Positions 37,239-47,431 of a DNA stretch of 64,000 bases are shown here, in pieces (the first letter of the stretch is position 1; every line of letters starts with the position of its first letter). Source of the stretch: a virus; the IMG/VR virus record IMGVR_UViG_3300030060_002972, positions 1 through 64,000 of that record. The stretch is one strand, 5' to 3'. A program made the translations under genes and the position numbers. The notes beneath the pieces were generated by a model. It had not been told where the DNA came from and did no database searches. It saw nothing but the letters and a program-made list of their open reading frames with translations.

Positions 37239-37746
37239 TCCTGTCGAAGAACAAGCAGCTACTGAGGTGGATGATAGAATCCAAATCAAAGCAAAAGATG
37301 CAGCTGAACAGTTATTACCAGGTGGTAAATCTGTTAATGAAATGTCAAATGAAGAGATGGCTCAGTACACTGCTAACATGGCTAAGGCAGATAGACTATA
37401 TGCAAAACATACAGATGGTCTAGCTGATTTAGACAAAGAAGTATTTGATGCTTTACTTCTTGCTAGTGACCCATCTAATTCTGTAGAGGAACGATTCAAG
37501 TCTACTGTAAGTAAGTTTGAATCTATCAAGAAGGGTAAAGATGAGGACAAGAAGGACGAAGAAGCAGTTAAAGAAGTTCCCCCAAAAGGGAATATGGAGA
37601 CAACCAGCAGAGCTACTGGTAATCCAATAAACAAATTAGAGCCTGAGAATGATGCTCCTCTAGGGGATGACCAAGATTACTTTGATTTCATGCTCAAGAG
37701 ATATCGTCAACAGGCTACTGTTAAAAGAAAAGAAACAATAAATTAA
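37213..37746 (+). CDS. Scaffolding protein
   Basis: Acidic helical protein between portal and capsid. Confidence 0.6.
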   Translation: MSEETKQDNPVEEQAATEVDDRIQIKAKDAAEQLLPGGKSVNEMSNEEMAQYTANMAKADRLYAKHTDGLADLDKEVFDALLLASDPSNSVEERFKSTVSKFESIKKGKDEDKKDEEAVKEVPPKGNMETTSRATGNPINKLEPENDAPLGDDQDYFDFMLKRYRQQATVKRKETIN

Positions 37747-37765
37747 TAACTAGGAGGAATAAGTT

Positions 37766-38710
37766 ATGCCACAAGGAGCAGTAAGTTTTCTTAATGAATC
37801 CGATAGACTTGCCAAGTTAAAAATGGACAGTGATATTAGATTCGTTGCAGGAAACATGATGCAATTCAGAAACTTGGCAAAACCAATTCAAGCATTTGGT
37901 AGAAACAAAGGCTCAACGATTGAAATTGAAAAATATCAGAAGTTAACAAAAGCTACTGGTACTATCTCAGAACTACAATCATTGCCTATGAATAAACCTA
38001 ACGTAGGTTTTGTACAGGTAACTGTAGCAGAGTATGGTAATGGTGTATCATACACTAAAAAATCACAAACATTAGCAGAATATTCTGTGGATGAAACTCT
38101 TAAAAAGATATTAGCTATGAACGTAGCTGAATCTATGGACCAGGTTGCTGGTACAGAGTTCCAAAACTCAGACGTATTCTACACACCAACTTCAACAAGT
38201 GCAGGGACATTAGACAAAGATGGAACTGTAAGTACAGGTGCTGGAGCAGCTATTACAGCAGCCCACATCAGAGACATAATCAGAAATCTAAAAACTGATA
38301 ATGTACCAAAATGGGATGGAAATTCTTATTTAGGAATCTTCTCCCCATTTGCAATGGCTAAACTGTTTGAAGACACAGCAACAGGAGGCATTATAGACTT
38401 ACACAAATATGACCAACCAGAGAATTTAATCAATGGTGAAATTGGTCAATACTTTGGAATGAGAATGATAGAAGAGAACAACGTTCTTTCTAACACAATC
38501 GGTGGGTCATCACATAATGGTGAAGTAATAGTCTGTGGCTTTGAGCCAGTAGTTGAAGCTCTTGTAGAACCAGAATCTACTATGGTAGAAAACTGGGACT
38601 TCAACAGATTCACAGGTATTGCATGGAACGCATTGACAGGGTTCAAAAAAGTTTGGACTAATTCAACTGACAATGAGTATCACTTAGTTAGAATTCATTC
38701 TAACGACTAG
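37766..38710 (+). CDS. Major capsid protein
   Basis: Strong AGGAGG RBS; KGSTIEI, EYGN, GEIGQYFGMR motifs of HK97-fold podovirus capsids. Confidence 0.85.
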   Translation: MPQGAVSFLNESDRLAKLKMDSDIRFVAGNMMQFRNLAKPIQAFGRNKGSTIEIEKYQKLTKATGTISELQSLPMNKPNVGFVQVTVAEYGNGVSYTKKSQTLAEYSVDETLKKILAMNVAESMDQVAGTEFQNSDVFYTPTSTSAGTLDKDGTVSTGAGAAITAAHIRDIIRNLKTDNVPKWDGNSYLGIFSPFAMAKLFEDTATGGIIDLHKYDQPENLINGEIGQYFGMRMIEENNVLSNTIGGSSHNGEVIVCGFEPVVEALVEPESTMVENWDFNRFTGIAWNALTGFKKVWTNSTDNEYHLVRIHSND

Positions 38711-38723
38711 GAGGTAAAATAAC

Positions 38724-39131
38724 ATGGCGTTTAATAGTAAACTTCAATTTGCTATAATCCCAGTATCAGCAGACCTTGACGGCTCAGCTGGTGATGATTT
38801 TACTTTCAAAGTGAATCATCCTATGGTAGTCCATAGATTTGAGTTTATAGTACAGACTGCAGTTGTAGCTACGTCTACTGACCCAGTAGTATCATTAGAT
38901 TATACTGACACAGTAAACAGCGTATCTAGAGCTGAGAAAGTAACATTGACAGTTCCAAATACTACAGCAGCTGGTGTTACAATAGAAGCGAGTTTAACTC
39001 CTTTCTTTGTATCCGACACTGACATTCTACATTTTGAGCGTAAGACTCAAGGTGCTGGAGGTTCAACAGCTGGTGATGGGTTTTATATCATGTATTATGA
39101 GTTAATCCCAGATAGCAATGGAGTTGCCTAA
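38724..39131 (+). CDS. Putative capsid decoration/cement protein
   Basis: Beta-rich 135 aa after capsid; GGAGG RBS. Confidence 0.5.
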   Translation: MAFNSKLQFAIIPVSADLDGSAGDDFTFKVNHPMVVHRFEFIVQTAVVATSTDPVVSLDYTDTVNSVSRAEKVTLTVPNTTAAGVTIEASLTPFFVSDTDILHFERKTQGAGGSTAGDGFYIMYYELIPDSNGVA

Positions 39132-39608
39132 ATGTGGTATAGAGTGCACTTAAACAGAGTACACTTTAACCCTTTGGACAAAGAGGGCAAGATGGTTAGA
39201 GTCTTGTCCTCTGGTCCTACGTTTAACTGTCATACATCAACAGATTTAGAATTAGAACTGTTATATATGTTAGCAGAAACTAACTCTGAGTTGATGCAGT
39301 TTATTAAATCCTGGACTGAGCAAGATAACTCTTGGTATCAACTAGTATTTACTAAACTGTCTAGTGCTACAAGAGCTGGATTTACAGGTAAAGCAAAAGT
39401 GTTTAGCTACATGGGGTATGCCCTATGTCAACGTGTAGCAGACCATATAATATTTGAAACTAAGTATATGAACATAGGCAGTCTTAGTGACTATAATATA
39501 GGAGCAAGTAGAGACGTAAGAGAAGAAGTTAGAAATACAAATAATCATCTCGTACCTGGTGCAGAAAAAGTAGGTAAAGACTGGGTTGAGAAGAATGGTG
39601 GCAAATGA
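39132..39608 (+). CDS. Hypothetical protein
   Basis: ORF in head operon. Confidence 0.55.
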   Translation: MWYRVHLNRVHFNPLDKEGKMVRVLSSGPTFNCHTSTDLELELLYMLAETNSELMQFIKSWTEQDNSWYQLVFTKLSSATRAGFTGKAKVFSYMGYALCQRVADHIIFETKYMNIGSLSDYNIGASRDVREEVRNTNNHLVPGAEKVGKDWVEKNGGK

Positions 39609-40366
39609 GAAGTGAATTAAATTATGACAGAAGTAACATTCGTACTAAAGTAAAAAGTATAATAGGTAGAAACTTTAGTGGTATAGATGATGTTTTAAAT
39701 GACTTAATAAATATAGCAGTAGAGCTATTTGGTAATACTGTGCAGTCAGTATATGATGAGTTTGTATATACACATACAATTACAAGTGGAGAAGTAACTG
39801 CAAAAACAGATGAGTACAATTTACCTAACAGAACAAAAGTAATACTAGATGCATATTATATAGATGTATCAGGAAGTGATGATGTTTATTATCCTATACA
39901 TTTAAGAAGTCCTATAGATTTTAATGAAGCAGGTAATTATACTCCAAGTGTTAAGTATGGTAGACCTACATTTGATTACTCTACAGATACTATAAAGTTT
40001 GGTGTAAGTTATAACACATCAGGAGCTACTCGTGCAGATTATACAGGTATACCTCAGCAAGGGTATAGAGTAAACAATGCATTTCATGTATACCCTAGAC
40101 CTGGTAGTTCAGAACAAGATAATAAAATAAGACTTATGCTGGGATTATTTCCAGCAGATTTACAGTCTGATAGTGATAAGAATAGTATAACAAAGAGCTA
40201 CCCACAGGCATTGATTACTTATACAGCAGCAATGTTTTGGGGAATGCATATGAATGATGCTCAAAGAGCAGCACAGTATTTAACAACAGCACAGTTGTTG
40301 TTAGCAAGTTTTGCTAAGCAAGACGAAATAAACAAACTCGTGAATATAACCATGAAGTTACAATAG
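39605..40366 (+). CDS. Head-tail adaptor (tail tubular A-like)
   Basis: IRTKV..LNDLINIA..EYNLP..HVYPRP..YPQALI pattern. Confidence 0.7.
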   Translation: MRSELNYDRSNIRTKVKSIIGRNFSGIDDVLNDLINIAVELFGNTVQSVYDEFVYTHTITSGEVTAKTDEYNLPNRTKVILDAYYIDVSGSDDVYYPIHLRSPIDFNEAGNYTPSVKYGRPTFDYSTDTIKFGVSYNTSGATRADYTGIPQQGYRVNNAFHVYPRPGSSEQDNKIRLMLGLFPADLQSDSDKNSITKSYPQALITYTAAMFWGMHMNDAQRAAQYLTTAQLLLASFAKQDEINKLVNITMKLQ

Positions 40367-40374
40367 GAGGAAAC

Positions 40375-40776
40375 ATGGCAAACGCAATATACCCAAAGGC
40401 AAAAGAATCATTCTTAAAAGGTGAGATTGATTTAGTAGATGATACAATCAAGATTGCTTTGGTAGATACAGGTACATATACCTACAATGCAGCTCATGAC
40501 TTTTACAATGATTTATCTGGAGTGTTAGGTACACCCGTAGCATTAGGAAGTAAGACTGTAACTGATGGAGTATTTGATGCAGCAGATGCTACATTTACAA
40601 CACCATCAGCAGGTACAAGTATTGAAGCATTAGTTATCTACAAAGACACAGGTAATACAGCTACAAGTAATTTGATTGCATACATTGATACAGGTACAGG
40701 GTTACCTTTTACATCTAACGGAGCAGACATAGATATAGTCTTTGATTCAGGTAGTAATAAAATCTTTGCATTATGA
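40375..40776 (+). CDS. Virion structural protein
   Basis: DTIKIALV..FDAAD..LIAYID..IFAL; AGGAGG RBS. Confidence 0.65.
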   Translation: MANAIYPKAKESFLKGEIDLVDDTIKIALVDTGTYTYNAAHDFYNDLSGVLGTPVALGSKTVTDGVFDAADATFTTPSAGTSIEALVIYKDTGNTATSNLIAYIDTGTGLPFTSNGADIDIVFDSGSNKIFAL

Positions 40777-40970
40777 GAAAGTTTAAGAAAGTACCAAAGA
40801 CAAAAGGCGGAGTACCAAAGAAATATGTTGCAGGTACTAAGAGTCCATCAGCTAGAGAAAAAGAGATAAAAAATACTCGTAAGCTCTACAAAGCAGGTAA
40901 GTTAACTCCAGCTATGATGGATAAGATAAGTAAATCAAGAGCAAAGGATAGGAGGAAAAAACGTGCCTAG
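40773..40970 (+). CDS. Basic small protein
   Basis: GVPKKYVAG motif; ATGA coupling. Confidence 0.6.
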   Translation: MRKFKKVPKTKGGVPKKYVAGTKSPSAREKEIKNTRKLYKAGKLTPAMMDKISKSRAKDRRKKRA

Positions 40971-41181
40971 TTTTAGTGGAATACCTGGAGCATCTAAGTT
41001 CAGCAAAGAGACACTTCGTAAGGTGTACAAGCGTGGAATGGGAGCTTACTATAGTTCAGGTTCTAGAAATGTACCAGCTCATGCATGGGCTATGGGTAGA
41101 GTAAAAAGTTTTGTATCAGGTAAAGGTGGTGCAAGAAAAGCTGACAAAGATTTATTAAGTAAAGGAAAGAAAAAGAAATGA
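40963..41181 (+). CDS. Basic small protein (DUF5824-like)
   Basis: LRKVYKRGMGAY.SSGSR...WAMGRV.SF. Confidence 0.65.
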   Translation: MPSFSGIPGASKFSKETLRKVYKRGMGAYYSSGSRNVPAHAWAMGRVKSFVSGKGGARKADKDLLSKGKKKK

Positions 41182-41309
41182 AAAAAGGATTATATGCAAA
41201 CATACATGCCAAGCGTAAGCGTGGTGAAAAGATGAGAAAGAAAGGTGCAAAAGGTGCACCTACAGCAAAGCAATTTGCTAGAGCTAAACAAACAGCGAGG
41301 AAAAAATGA
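41178..41309 (+). CDS. 43-aa basic peptide (not in ORF track)
   Basis: MKKGLYANIHAKRKR...KGAPTAKQF; ATGA overlaps at both ends. Confidence 0.7.
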   Translation: MKKGLYANIHAKRKRGEKMRKKGAKGAPTAKQFARAKQTARKK

Positions 41310-42364
41310 GTATAGCAGGAAGTTTAACAGATGCTATAAATTTTAGATATGTGTTTACTATTAGTGGTACTCCTACAACTGTTAGTGGTGCAGATGATAA
41401 TAGTAAAACTTTAGCTTACAATGTAGGTTTCGTAGACGTATATCTTAATGGTGTAAAACAAGTAGTGGGTACAGACGTAACAGCTACATCAGGCAGTACC
41501 CTTGTATTTGCTAGTGCACTTGCAGCTAATGATATAGTAGAAGCTGTAACTTTTGATACGTTTACTTCTGCTACTGCAGCTATAGTTGGCACACGTTCAG
41601 AATTTAATTATGTAATAAGTGGTACACCTACTACAGTAAGTGGAGCTGATGCAGGTGGTAGTACATTATCTTATACAGCAGGATTAGTAGATGTATTCTT
41701 AAATGGAGTACGTATGAAAGTGGGCACTGATGTTACAGCAAGTAATGGTACTGAAGTAGTATTTGCTAGTGCGTTAGCAGCAGGAGATTTAGTAGATATT
41801 GTAGCACATCAAAATTTTAGTATAGCTAATCTACCTGCTAGTTCTATAGGCTCTGGCACATTGTCTAATGATAGATTACCTACTATAGATGATAGTAAGT
41901 TAGGAGCTGGTGCTATACTACAGGTTGTAAATTCAATTAAAACAGATACATTAGCAAGTTCAGGTGCAGGTTCATGGAATGATATTGGTTTATCTGTTGC
42001 AATTACACCTAGAAGCACATCATCTAAAATTTTAGTAAATGTTAATGTAAGTGGTGCATTAAACAATTCTAATACTTGGTTAAAAATTGTAAGAGGTTCA
42101 ACAGACATAGGTATTGGTGATGCTGGAAGTTCAAGACTACAATGTACCTTTGGAAATCTTTACACATTTGGAGATGCCAATATTATGAAAACACATAGTT
42201 TTCAACTGTTAGATTCACCATCAAGCACATCAGAACTTACTTACAAAGTGCAAGTTAGAAGTGCAGCAAACACATATTACATTAATAGAACTGTAAATGA
42301 TACAGATAGTGTAGACCATGGTAGAGCATCATCAACAATAACATTAATGGAGGTTCAAGGATAA
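41306..42364 (+). CDS. Tail fibre protein: two tandem N-terminal domains plus LMEVxG-terminal module
   Basis: Duplicated ISGTPTTVSGAD..VDVxLNGV..VFASALAA; C-terminal GAILQVV..ITPRSTSSKI..LMEVQG. Confidence 0.75.
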   Translation: MSIAGSLTDAINFRYVFTISGTPTTVSGADDNSKTLAYNVGFVDVYLNGVKQVVGTDVTATSGSTLVFASALAANDIVEAVTFDTFTSATAAIVGTRSEFNYVISGTPTTVSGADAGGSTLSYTAGLVDVFLNGVRMKVGTDVTASNGTEVVFASALAAGDLVDIVAHQNFSIANLPASSIGSGTLSNDRLPTIDDSKLGAGAILQVVNSIKTDTLASSGAGSWNDIGLSVAITPRSTSSKILVNVNVSGALNNSNTWLKIVRGSTDIGIGDAGSSRLQCTFGNLYTFGDANIMKTHSFQLLDSPSSTSELTYKVQVRSAANTYYINRTVNDTDSVDHGRASSTITLMEVQG

Positions 42365-42657
42365 TGGACATAATATCAGCAATTTTAGCTTTAGACCCAA
42401 ATGCACAAGTAAGTGTAAATGCAGAGAGTCTTGACCAGATTACATGGCATGATGGTAATCCTAATAACATTACCAATGACCAGATAACTGCAAAACAAGC
42501 AGAGTTAAAAACAGCTTACGACAATAAAAAATATCAAAGAGATAGAGCTGCAGAATATCCTAGTTGGCAAGACCAGTTAGACAAGATATACCATGACGGT
42601 ATTGATGCATGGAAAGCAGATATAAAAGCAGTAAAAGACAAATATCCAAAGGGGTAA
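42364..42657 (+). CDS. Tail-fibre assembly chaperone-like protein
   Basis: YQRDRAAEYPSWQDQLD...VKDKYPK. Confidence 0.7.
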   Translation: MDIISAILALDPNAQVSVNAESLDQITWHDGNPNNITNDQITAKQAELKTAYDNKKYQRDRAAEYPSWQDQLDKIYHDGIDAWKADIKAVKDKYPKG

Positions 42658-42660
42658 TAT

Positions 42661-43179
42661 ATGGGTAGACGAAGAGAATTAGGTAACTATACAGGTAAGA
42701 TATTACAAACAGTAAGAGGCGAGTTGACTACAAAATTTGCATCTTCTGCTACTGCTAGTTATGTAGACATAGGTCTAAGTGCTGCAATTACTCCAGCATC
42801 AACAAGTAATAAAATAATTATACATGCTACAATTTGGAGTGGTGGACAAAATGATGCTTATCCTTTCTTTAGATTACTTAGAGGTTCTACAGAAATAGGA
42901 AGTGGTACAGGTAATAGTGGTAGTAATAATGTTAACGCTTTTGCAGGTGGATTTTTTACAGCAATAGGTGCAATGCAATATAGACAGCATTGTCTTAACA
43001 GACATTTTGTAGATTCACCCAATACTACTTCTGCAACAACATATAAGATACAAGGTAAAAATCCTTATGTAGCTGGTGGTGCAGGAATAGTTTACATTAA
43101 TAGGGCTCATAATGATGGAGACAATTTATTTGCAGGATGCTTGCAAAGTGAATTAGTTTTAATGGAGGTAGCAGGGTAA
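42661..43179 (+). CDS. Stand-alone tail-fibre/receptor-type domain
   Basis: GKILQTV..ITPASTSNKI..DSP..LMEVAG. Confidence 0.7.
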   Translation: MGRRRELGNYTGKILQTVRGELTTKFASSATASYVDIGLSAAITPASTSNKIIIHATIWSGGQNDAYPFFRLLRGSTEIGSGTGNSGSNNVNAFAGGFFTAIGAMQYRQHCLNRHFVDSPNTTSATTYKIQGKNPYVAGGAGIVYINRAHNDGDNLFAGCLQSELVLMEVAG

Positions 43180-43499
43180 TGCCAGTAACAAGTATATTAA
43201 ATGGAACAGTAACCACAGATGGCACAGAGCAGACCGTAGGTTCTGCACAAACTAGTGATAACTTTTTTACAGGTTATATAGATTTATCAAACAATGCATC
43301 GGGTGATACCATTGTAATAAAAATAAAAGTAAGGGTAGATAGTAGTGATATTATATGTATACAAGATACATTTACTGGTGCACAAGCTGAACCACTATAT
43401 CACTTTCCACCACTGCCTAGTACAGAAAATTTTGTAGTAACAATACAAAAAACAGGTGGAACAAATAGAGCATACAAATATAGGATATTTACAGCGTAG
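43179..43499 (+). CDS. Small virion protein (unit B)
   Basis: Homologue of 660..980. Confidence 0.65.
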   Translation: MPVTSILNGTVTTDGTEQTVGSAQTSDNFFTGYIDLSNNASGDTIVIKIKVRVDSSDIICIQDTFTGAQAEPLYHFPPLPSTENFVVTIQKTGGTNRAYKYRIFTA

Positions 43500-44129
43500 A
43501 TGGCATTAGGACGTTTTTCAGGAAGATTAAATCAATTTAGTGCAGGTGCTGCAGGAGTACCTGTATTAGAAATTGAAGTAAGTGCAGTTACAACAACTAA
43601 TGCATTTGGTACACCTATTGCTAAATTACAAGCTAGCAATACAGGTTTAGCTGATGGGTTTGCATTTGGTACTACGGTAGTCAAGTTAGAAGTTAATACA
43701 CTAACTGGATTTGAAGATACATTTGTATTTGGTACAAGTGTTGCTAAGTTACAAGCTAGTAACACAGGTATATCAGATGGTTTTGCTTTTGGTACACCAA
43801 TAGGAAAGTTACAAGCAAGTAACACAGGATTGTCTGACCCGTTTGCTTTTGGTACGGCTATAGCAAAACTAGAAGCTGGTACTACTGGTATCTCAGACAG
43901 TTTTGTATTTGGAACATTAGCCTCTAAGATGAATGTAACACTTAGTGGCTTTGCAGAAACAGACGCTGTAGGTAATGCGTTAGTAGTATTTAAGGATTGG
44001 TCAGTAATAGTTGCACCTACAAGCACAGACTTTAGCGAAGTAACAGCTGCAAGTAGTACAGACTTTAGTGCCGTAGCTGCAGCAAGTAGTAGTGATTTTA
44101 CACAAGTAGATAACGAAGGTAGTTTATGA
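43500..44129 (+). CDS. 21-aa-repeat tail protein (unit B)
   Basis: Homologue of 981..1607. Confidence 0.65.
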   Translation: MALGRFSGRLNQFSAGAAGVPVLEIEVSAVTTTNAFGTPIAKLQASNTGLADGFAFGTTVVKLEVNTLTGFEDTFVFGTSVAKLQASNTGISDGFAFGTPIGKLQASNTGLSDPFAFGTAIAKLEAGTTGISDSFVFGTLASKMNVTLSGFAETDAVGNALVVFKDWSVIVAPTSTDFSEVTAASSTDFSAVAAASSSDFTQVDNEGSL

Positions 44130-45571
44130 AAAGATTTATAAAAGATTTATCAGGTGGGTTAAATTTATCTAGACCACCACATTTAATACAAGATAATCAA
44201 TTATCTGTTGCTACCGATTGCGTGTACAGGTCAGGCAAATGGCAAAAACGTGATGGCTTTGCAAACTTAACTGCAACTACAGATACTGCAAAAGTATTAG
44301 AAATAGCAGACCAAGTACGTAATGATGGCACAGCTAGAAGATTTCATGCTACAACCAATAACATATACGAATGGAATGGCAGTAGTTATACAGCAAGATT
44401 AGCTGCTAGTAGTAATAGACTATCAACAGAAAAATTATTCTTTACAGAAATAAATAATGAAATATATGTAACAGATGGTAAAAACAATATAGCTAAATCT
44501 AGCACAGGAGCATTTAGTAATATATCTTGGGATACTAGTAGCTCTGGTAGAAATGTAACTGCTGCACATATAATTTTAGCATTTAATTCTAGATTATTAT
44601 TATTTAATACAACAGATGGTACTGACGGAGAAGTGCCTTATAGATTGTTATTTACAGACGTATTAGATTTTGACCGTGTATCAACTAATAATTTTCTAGA
44701 CTTAAGTTATTCATCATCACCTATAGTAAGTGCAAAACGATTAGGACAAAATTTTATAGCAGTATATAAATCAGATTCTATTGTAACATTACAAGACCAA
44801 GGTAGCCCATTATTCTTTGTACCTAAAGCTAGACAGACTATAGGTATCATAGGACCAAAGGCTGTAACAGATATACCTAATGGACATTTATTTGTTAGTA
44901 ATGATGGCATCTATGTATTTAATGGTGGTGCAGTAGAACCTGTAGCAGATAGAACAGTTGTAAATAATTTCTTTAATAACCTAAATTATACATACAAAGA
45001 TAATATATATTGTTGGACAGATTTAAGAAATAGAGAAGTAATAATACATTACCCTACTGGTAGTAACGAAGAACCCGATAAATGTTTAGTTTGGAATTAT
45101 CAATCTAATGTATGGAGTCAATGGAATTTTGCAGCATACTCTGGGTTCTATAGATATAGAGCTATCAATACACCAGAAGTATATTTTGGTTCTGGGTCAG
45201 GCATAGTAAAACAAAGAGATACGTCAGGCACTGATGGTAGTTCTGCTATAGCTAGTACATTAGCAACCAAAGCATTTCACAGTGTATTTGATGGACAGAT
45301 ATTAGGCGGTAGTCCTGAGTCTGCCACAGACTATGTACAAATATTAAGAGTGCAAACAGATGCTACACCTACTAGCACAACTATATCTGTAGGTGCGGCA
45401 GATTTGGGTACAGATACCCCAACTTATTCTGACAGTACAATTACTGATGAAGACGGTAAAGCACCTAGAGCAGATTTTAATTCGTTTGGCAGATACATAA
45501 CAATTAAAGCTACCAACTTTACAAGTCTATCCGAGTTTGTAGTAGACTTAGAATCTGGAGGTGATAGTTAA
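44126..45571 (+). CDS. Tail tubular/nozzle protein (unit B)
   Basis: Same length as, and highly similar to, 1604..3049. Confidence 0.7.
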   Translation: MKRFIKDLSGGLNLSRPPHLIQDNQLSVATDCVYRSGKWQKRDGFANLTATTDTAKVLEIADQVRNDGTARRFHATTNNIYEWNGSSYTARLAASSNRLSTEKLFFTEINNEIYVTDGKNNIAKSSTGAFSNISWDTSSSGRNVTAAHIILAFNSRLLLFNTTDGTDGEVPYRLLFTDVLDFDRVSTNNFLDLSYSSSPIVSAKRLGQNFIAVYKSDSIVTLQDQGSPLFFVPKARQTIGIIGPKAVTDIPNGHLFVSNDGIYVFNGGAVEPVADRTVVNNFFNNLNYTYKDNIYCWTDLRNREVIIHYPTGSNEEPDKCLVWNYQSNVWSQWNFAAYSGFYRYRAINTPEVYFGSGSGIVKQRDTSGTDGSSAIASTLATKAFHSVFDGQILGGSPESATDYVQILRVQTDATPTSTTISVGAADLGTDTPTYSDSTITDEDGKAPRADFNSFGRYITIKATNFTSLSEFVVDLESGGDS

Positions 45572-46857
45572 TGTCTATAAATAATTATTCTTTTGATGAC
45601 ATAACCATACCTCAACCACCTGTATATATAGAAGGTCAAGTATTAGATTATGTTACAGAAAAAATACCACAGTTTTTTAATTCACAATATATAGCGTTAC
45701 TTGATTTTGTAGGTGCAGTACAAAATGCATTTCTAATAGATAGCGACCAAGTTAATTCATTAGACGCAGATAAAATAACTAGCAATACACAATTTACACA
45801 AAGTGTGTTTGTTGGTGCAGAAAGTAAAATAAAATTAGATGGAGCCAATAATTTAATTACTGTTGATGATAGCCAAGGCACACCAGTAACTAGAGTGAAA
45901 ATTGGTAAAGTAGGTACCGGCACTAACGAGTATGGTATACAAATAATAGATGCAGGCGGTACTATAAGATTTCAGACAGGTAGTAGCACTTTTATTGACG
46001 GAGGCATAATATCTGCTGATAGTGTTACAGCTACACAAATAGCAGCTAGCACAATAACAACTACACAGTTAGCAGCTAATACGATTACAGCTGATGATAT
46101 TGCATCTAGTACAATCACTGCTACAGAATTAGCAGCAGGTGCCGTTACAGCTGGTAAAATAAATGTAAGTGAATTATCTGCTATAGTAGCAGACTTAGGA
46201 ACAATTACTGCTGGTACAATTACCGGTGGTACAATACAAACTGCGGCATCGGGTGCTAGAGTTGAATTAGCATCATCTGGTTTAAATGCATACAAATCAG
46301 ATGGTACACAAACTGTAGATGTAAATGTAGATGGTACGTTTAGATTTGGTCCTAGCAGTGGTGATAACGTTGCGTGGGATAATAGTAACTTAACTGTTAG
46401 TGGTGATATTATTGCTACAGGTAATATACAAGATGGAGCTGTGACAGTACCGACTGTGACAACAGGTACATCTTCTGATGGTAGCAATGTAAATTTAGTT
46501 GTGTCTACAAAGGGTGGAAACATTGTAGCCACTATTTCTGTTGTAGCTGTTGTACGAGGTCTTACTGCTGTAGGTACAGGATTAGGAAATATGAGAGTGC
46601 AAATAGATGGCAACACGTTTAAAAATGTTGTAGGTTCTAAGGCTACATCTGGTGGTGGTAGTGTAGTAGTACCACAAAATACTGATGGGCAAACATGCAC
46701 TGGCACATTCTTAGATGGAGACCCAGCAGGAAGTATAGGTAGTGCAGCTAATACAACATATACAGTAGCAGTTGATATTACAGATGTAATAACTGATACT
46801 ACATTAAGTGTACAAAGTTATAGTGTAAAATTAGTAACATTGGAGACATTTAAATGA
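45571..46857 (+). CDS. Tail fibre/needle-like protein (unit B)
   Basis: Homologue of 3049..4305 with one extra decapeptide. Confidence 0.7.
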   Translation: MSINNYSFDDITIPQPPVYIEGQVLDYVTEKIPQFFNSQYIALLDFVGAVQNAFLIDSDQVNSLDADKITSNTQFTQSVFVGAESKIKLDGANNLITVDDSQGTPVTRVKIGKVGTGTNEYGIQIIDAGGTIRFQTGSSTFIDGGIISADSVTATQIAASTITTTQLAANTITADDIASSTITATELAAGAVTAGKINVSELSAIVADLGTITAGTITGGTIQTAASGARVELASSGLNAYKSDGTQTVDVNVDGTFRFGPSSGDNVAWDNSNLTVSGDIIATGNIQDGAVTVPTVTTGTSSDGSNVNLVVSTKGGNIVATISVVAVVRGLTAVGTGLGNMRVQIDGNTFKNVVGSKATSGGGSVVVPQNTDGQTCTGTFLDGDPAGSIGSAANTTYTVAVDITDVITDTTLSVQSYSVKLVTLETFK

Positions 46858-47024
46858 ACAAGTGTGAATGTAAAAATAAAGAAATATTAGAAAAAAAATT
46901 AGAAGACTTAGAGATTCGTTATGAACAATCTAAGGCTGCAAGTGCATACTTACAAGGGCAAGTTATGTTAATAAAAGAATTGTTAGAATGTGTTTGTGAG
47001 GAGGATTGTAATTGCAAAAAGTAA
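46854..47024 (+). CDS. 56-aa Cys-capped coiled-coil protein (unit B, not in ORF track)
   Basis: MNKCECK...ECVCEEDCNCKK. Confidence 0.75.
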   Translation: MNKCECKNKEILEKKLEDLEIRYEQSKAASAYLQGQVMLIKELLECVCEEDCNCKK

Positions 47025-47422
47025 TATATGATTACCAAGAGTATTATGTTGATAAATACATAGAAGAAGTAAAACCTAAAGAAACCAGAGACATACTAAC
47101 TCACGGATTAACATGGCATATATTAACTGAAGGCAGTTGGGATTCTGAACCTATGGGGATGATAGGTTATCAAATAGTAACAGATGGTCATGAGAATAAA
47201 TTGTACATAGAATTTATATACATTGACCCTAAATATAGAAGGAGACCTAACTTATGGTTTAGCAAAATTGTACAGTTTTGTAGAAAATGGAAATTTAAGA
47301 CTGTAGAAATATCAGCAAGCCAAAAAACAAAAAGATGGGTAGAAAAATTAGCAAATAAAAAACCTTATGTTTTAATTTATGACGTAGATGTATCACGTTT
47401 AGAAAAAAAATATGGGTGGTAG
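47012..47422 (+). CDS. GNAT-fold protein (unit B)
   Basis: LYIEFIYIDPKYRRR; positional equivalent of 4457..4825. Confidence 0.6.
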   Translation: MQKVIYDYQEYYVDKYIEEVKPKETRDILTHGLTWHILTEGSWDSEPMGMIGYQIVTDGHENKLYIEFIYIDPKYRRRPNLWFSKIVQFCRKWKFKTVEISASQKTKRWVEKLANKKPYVLIYDVDVSRLEKKYGW

Positions 47423-47431
47423 GAGAACACA

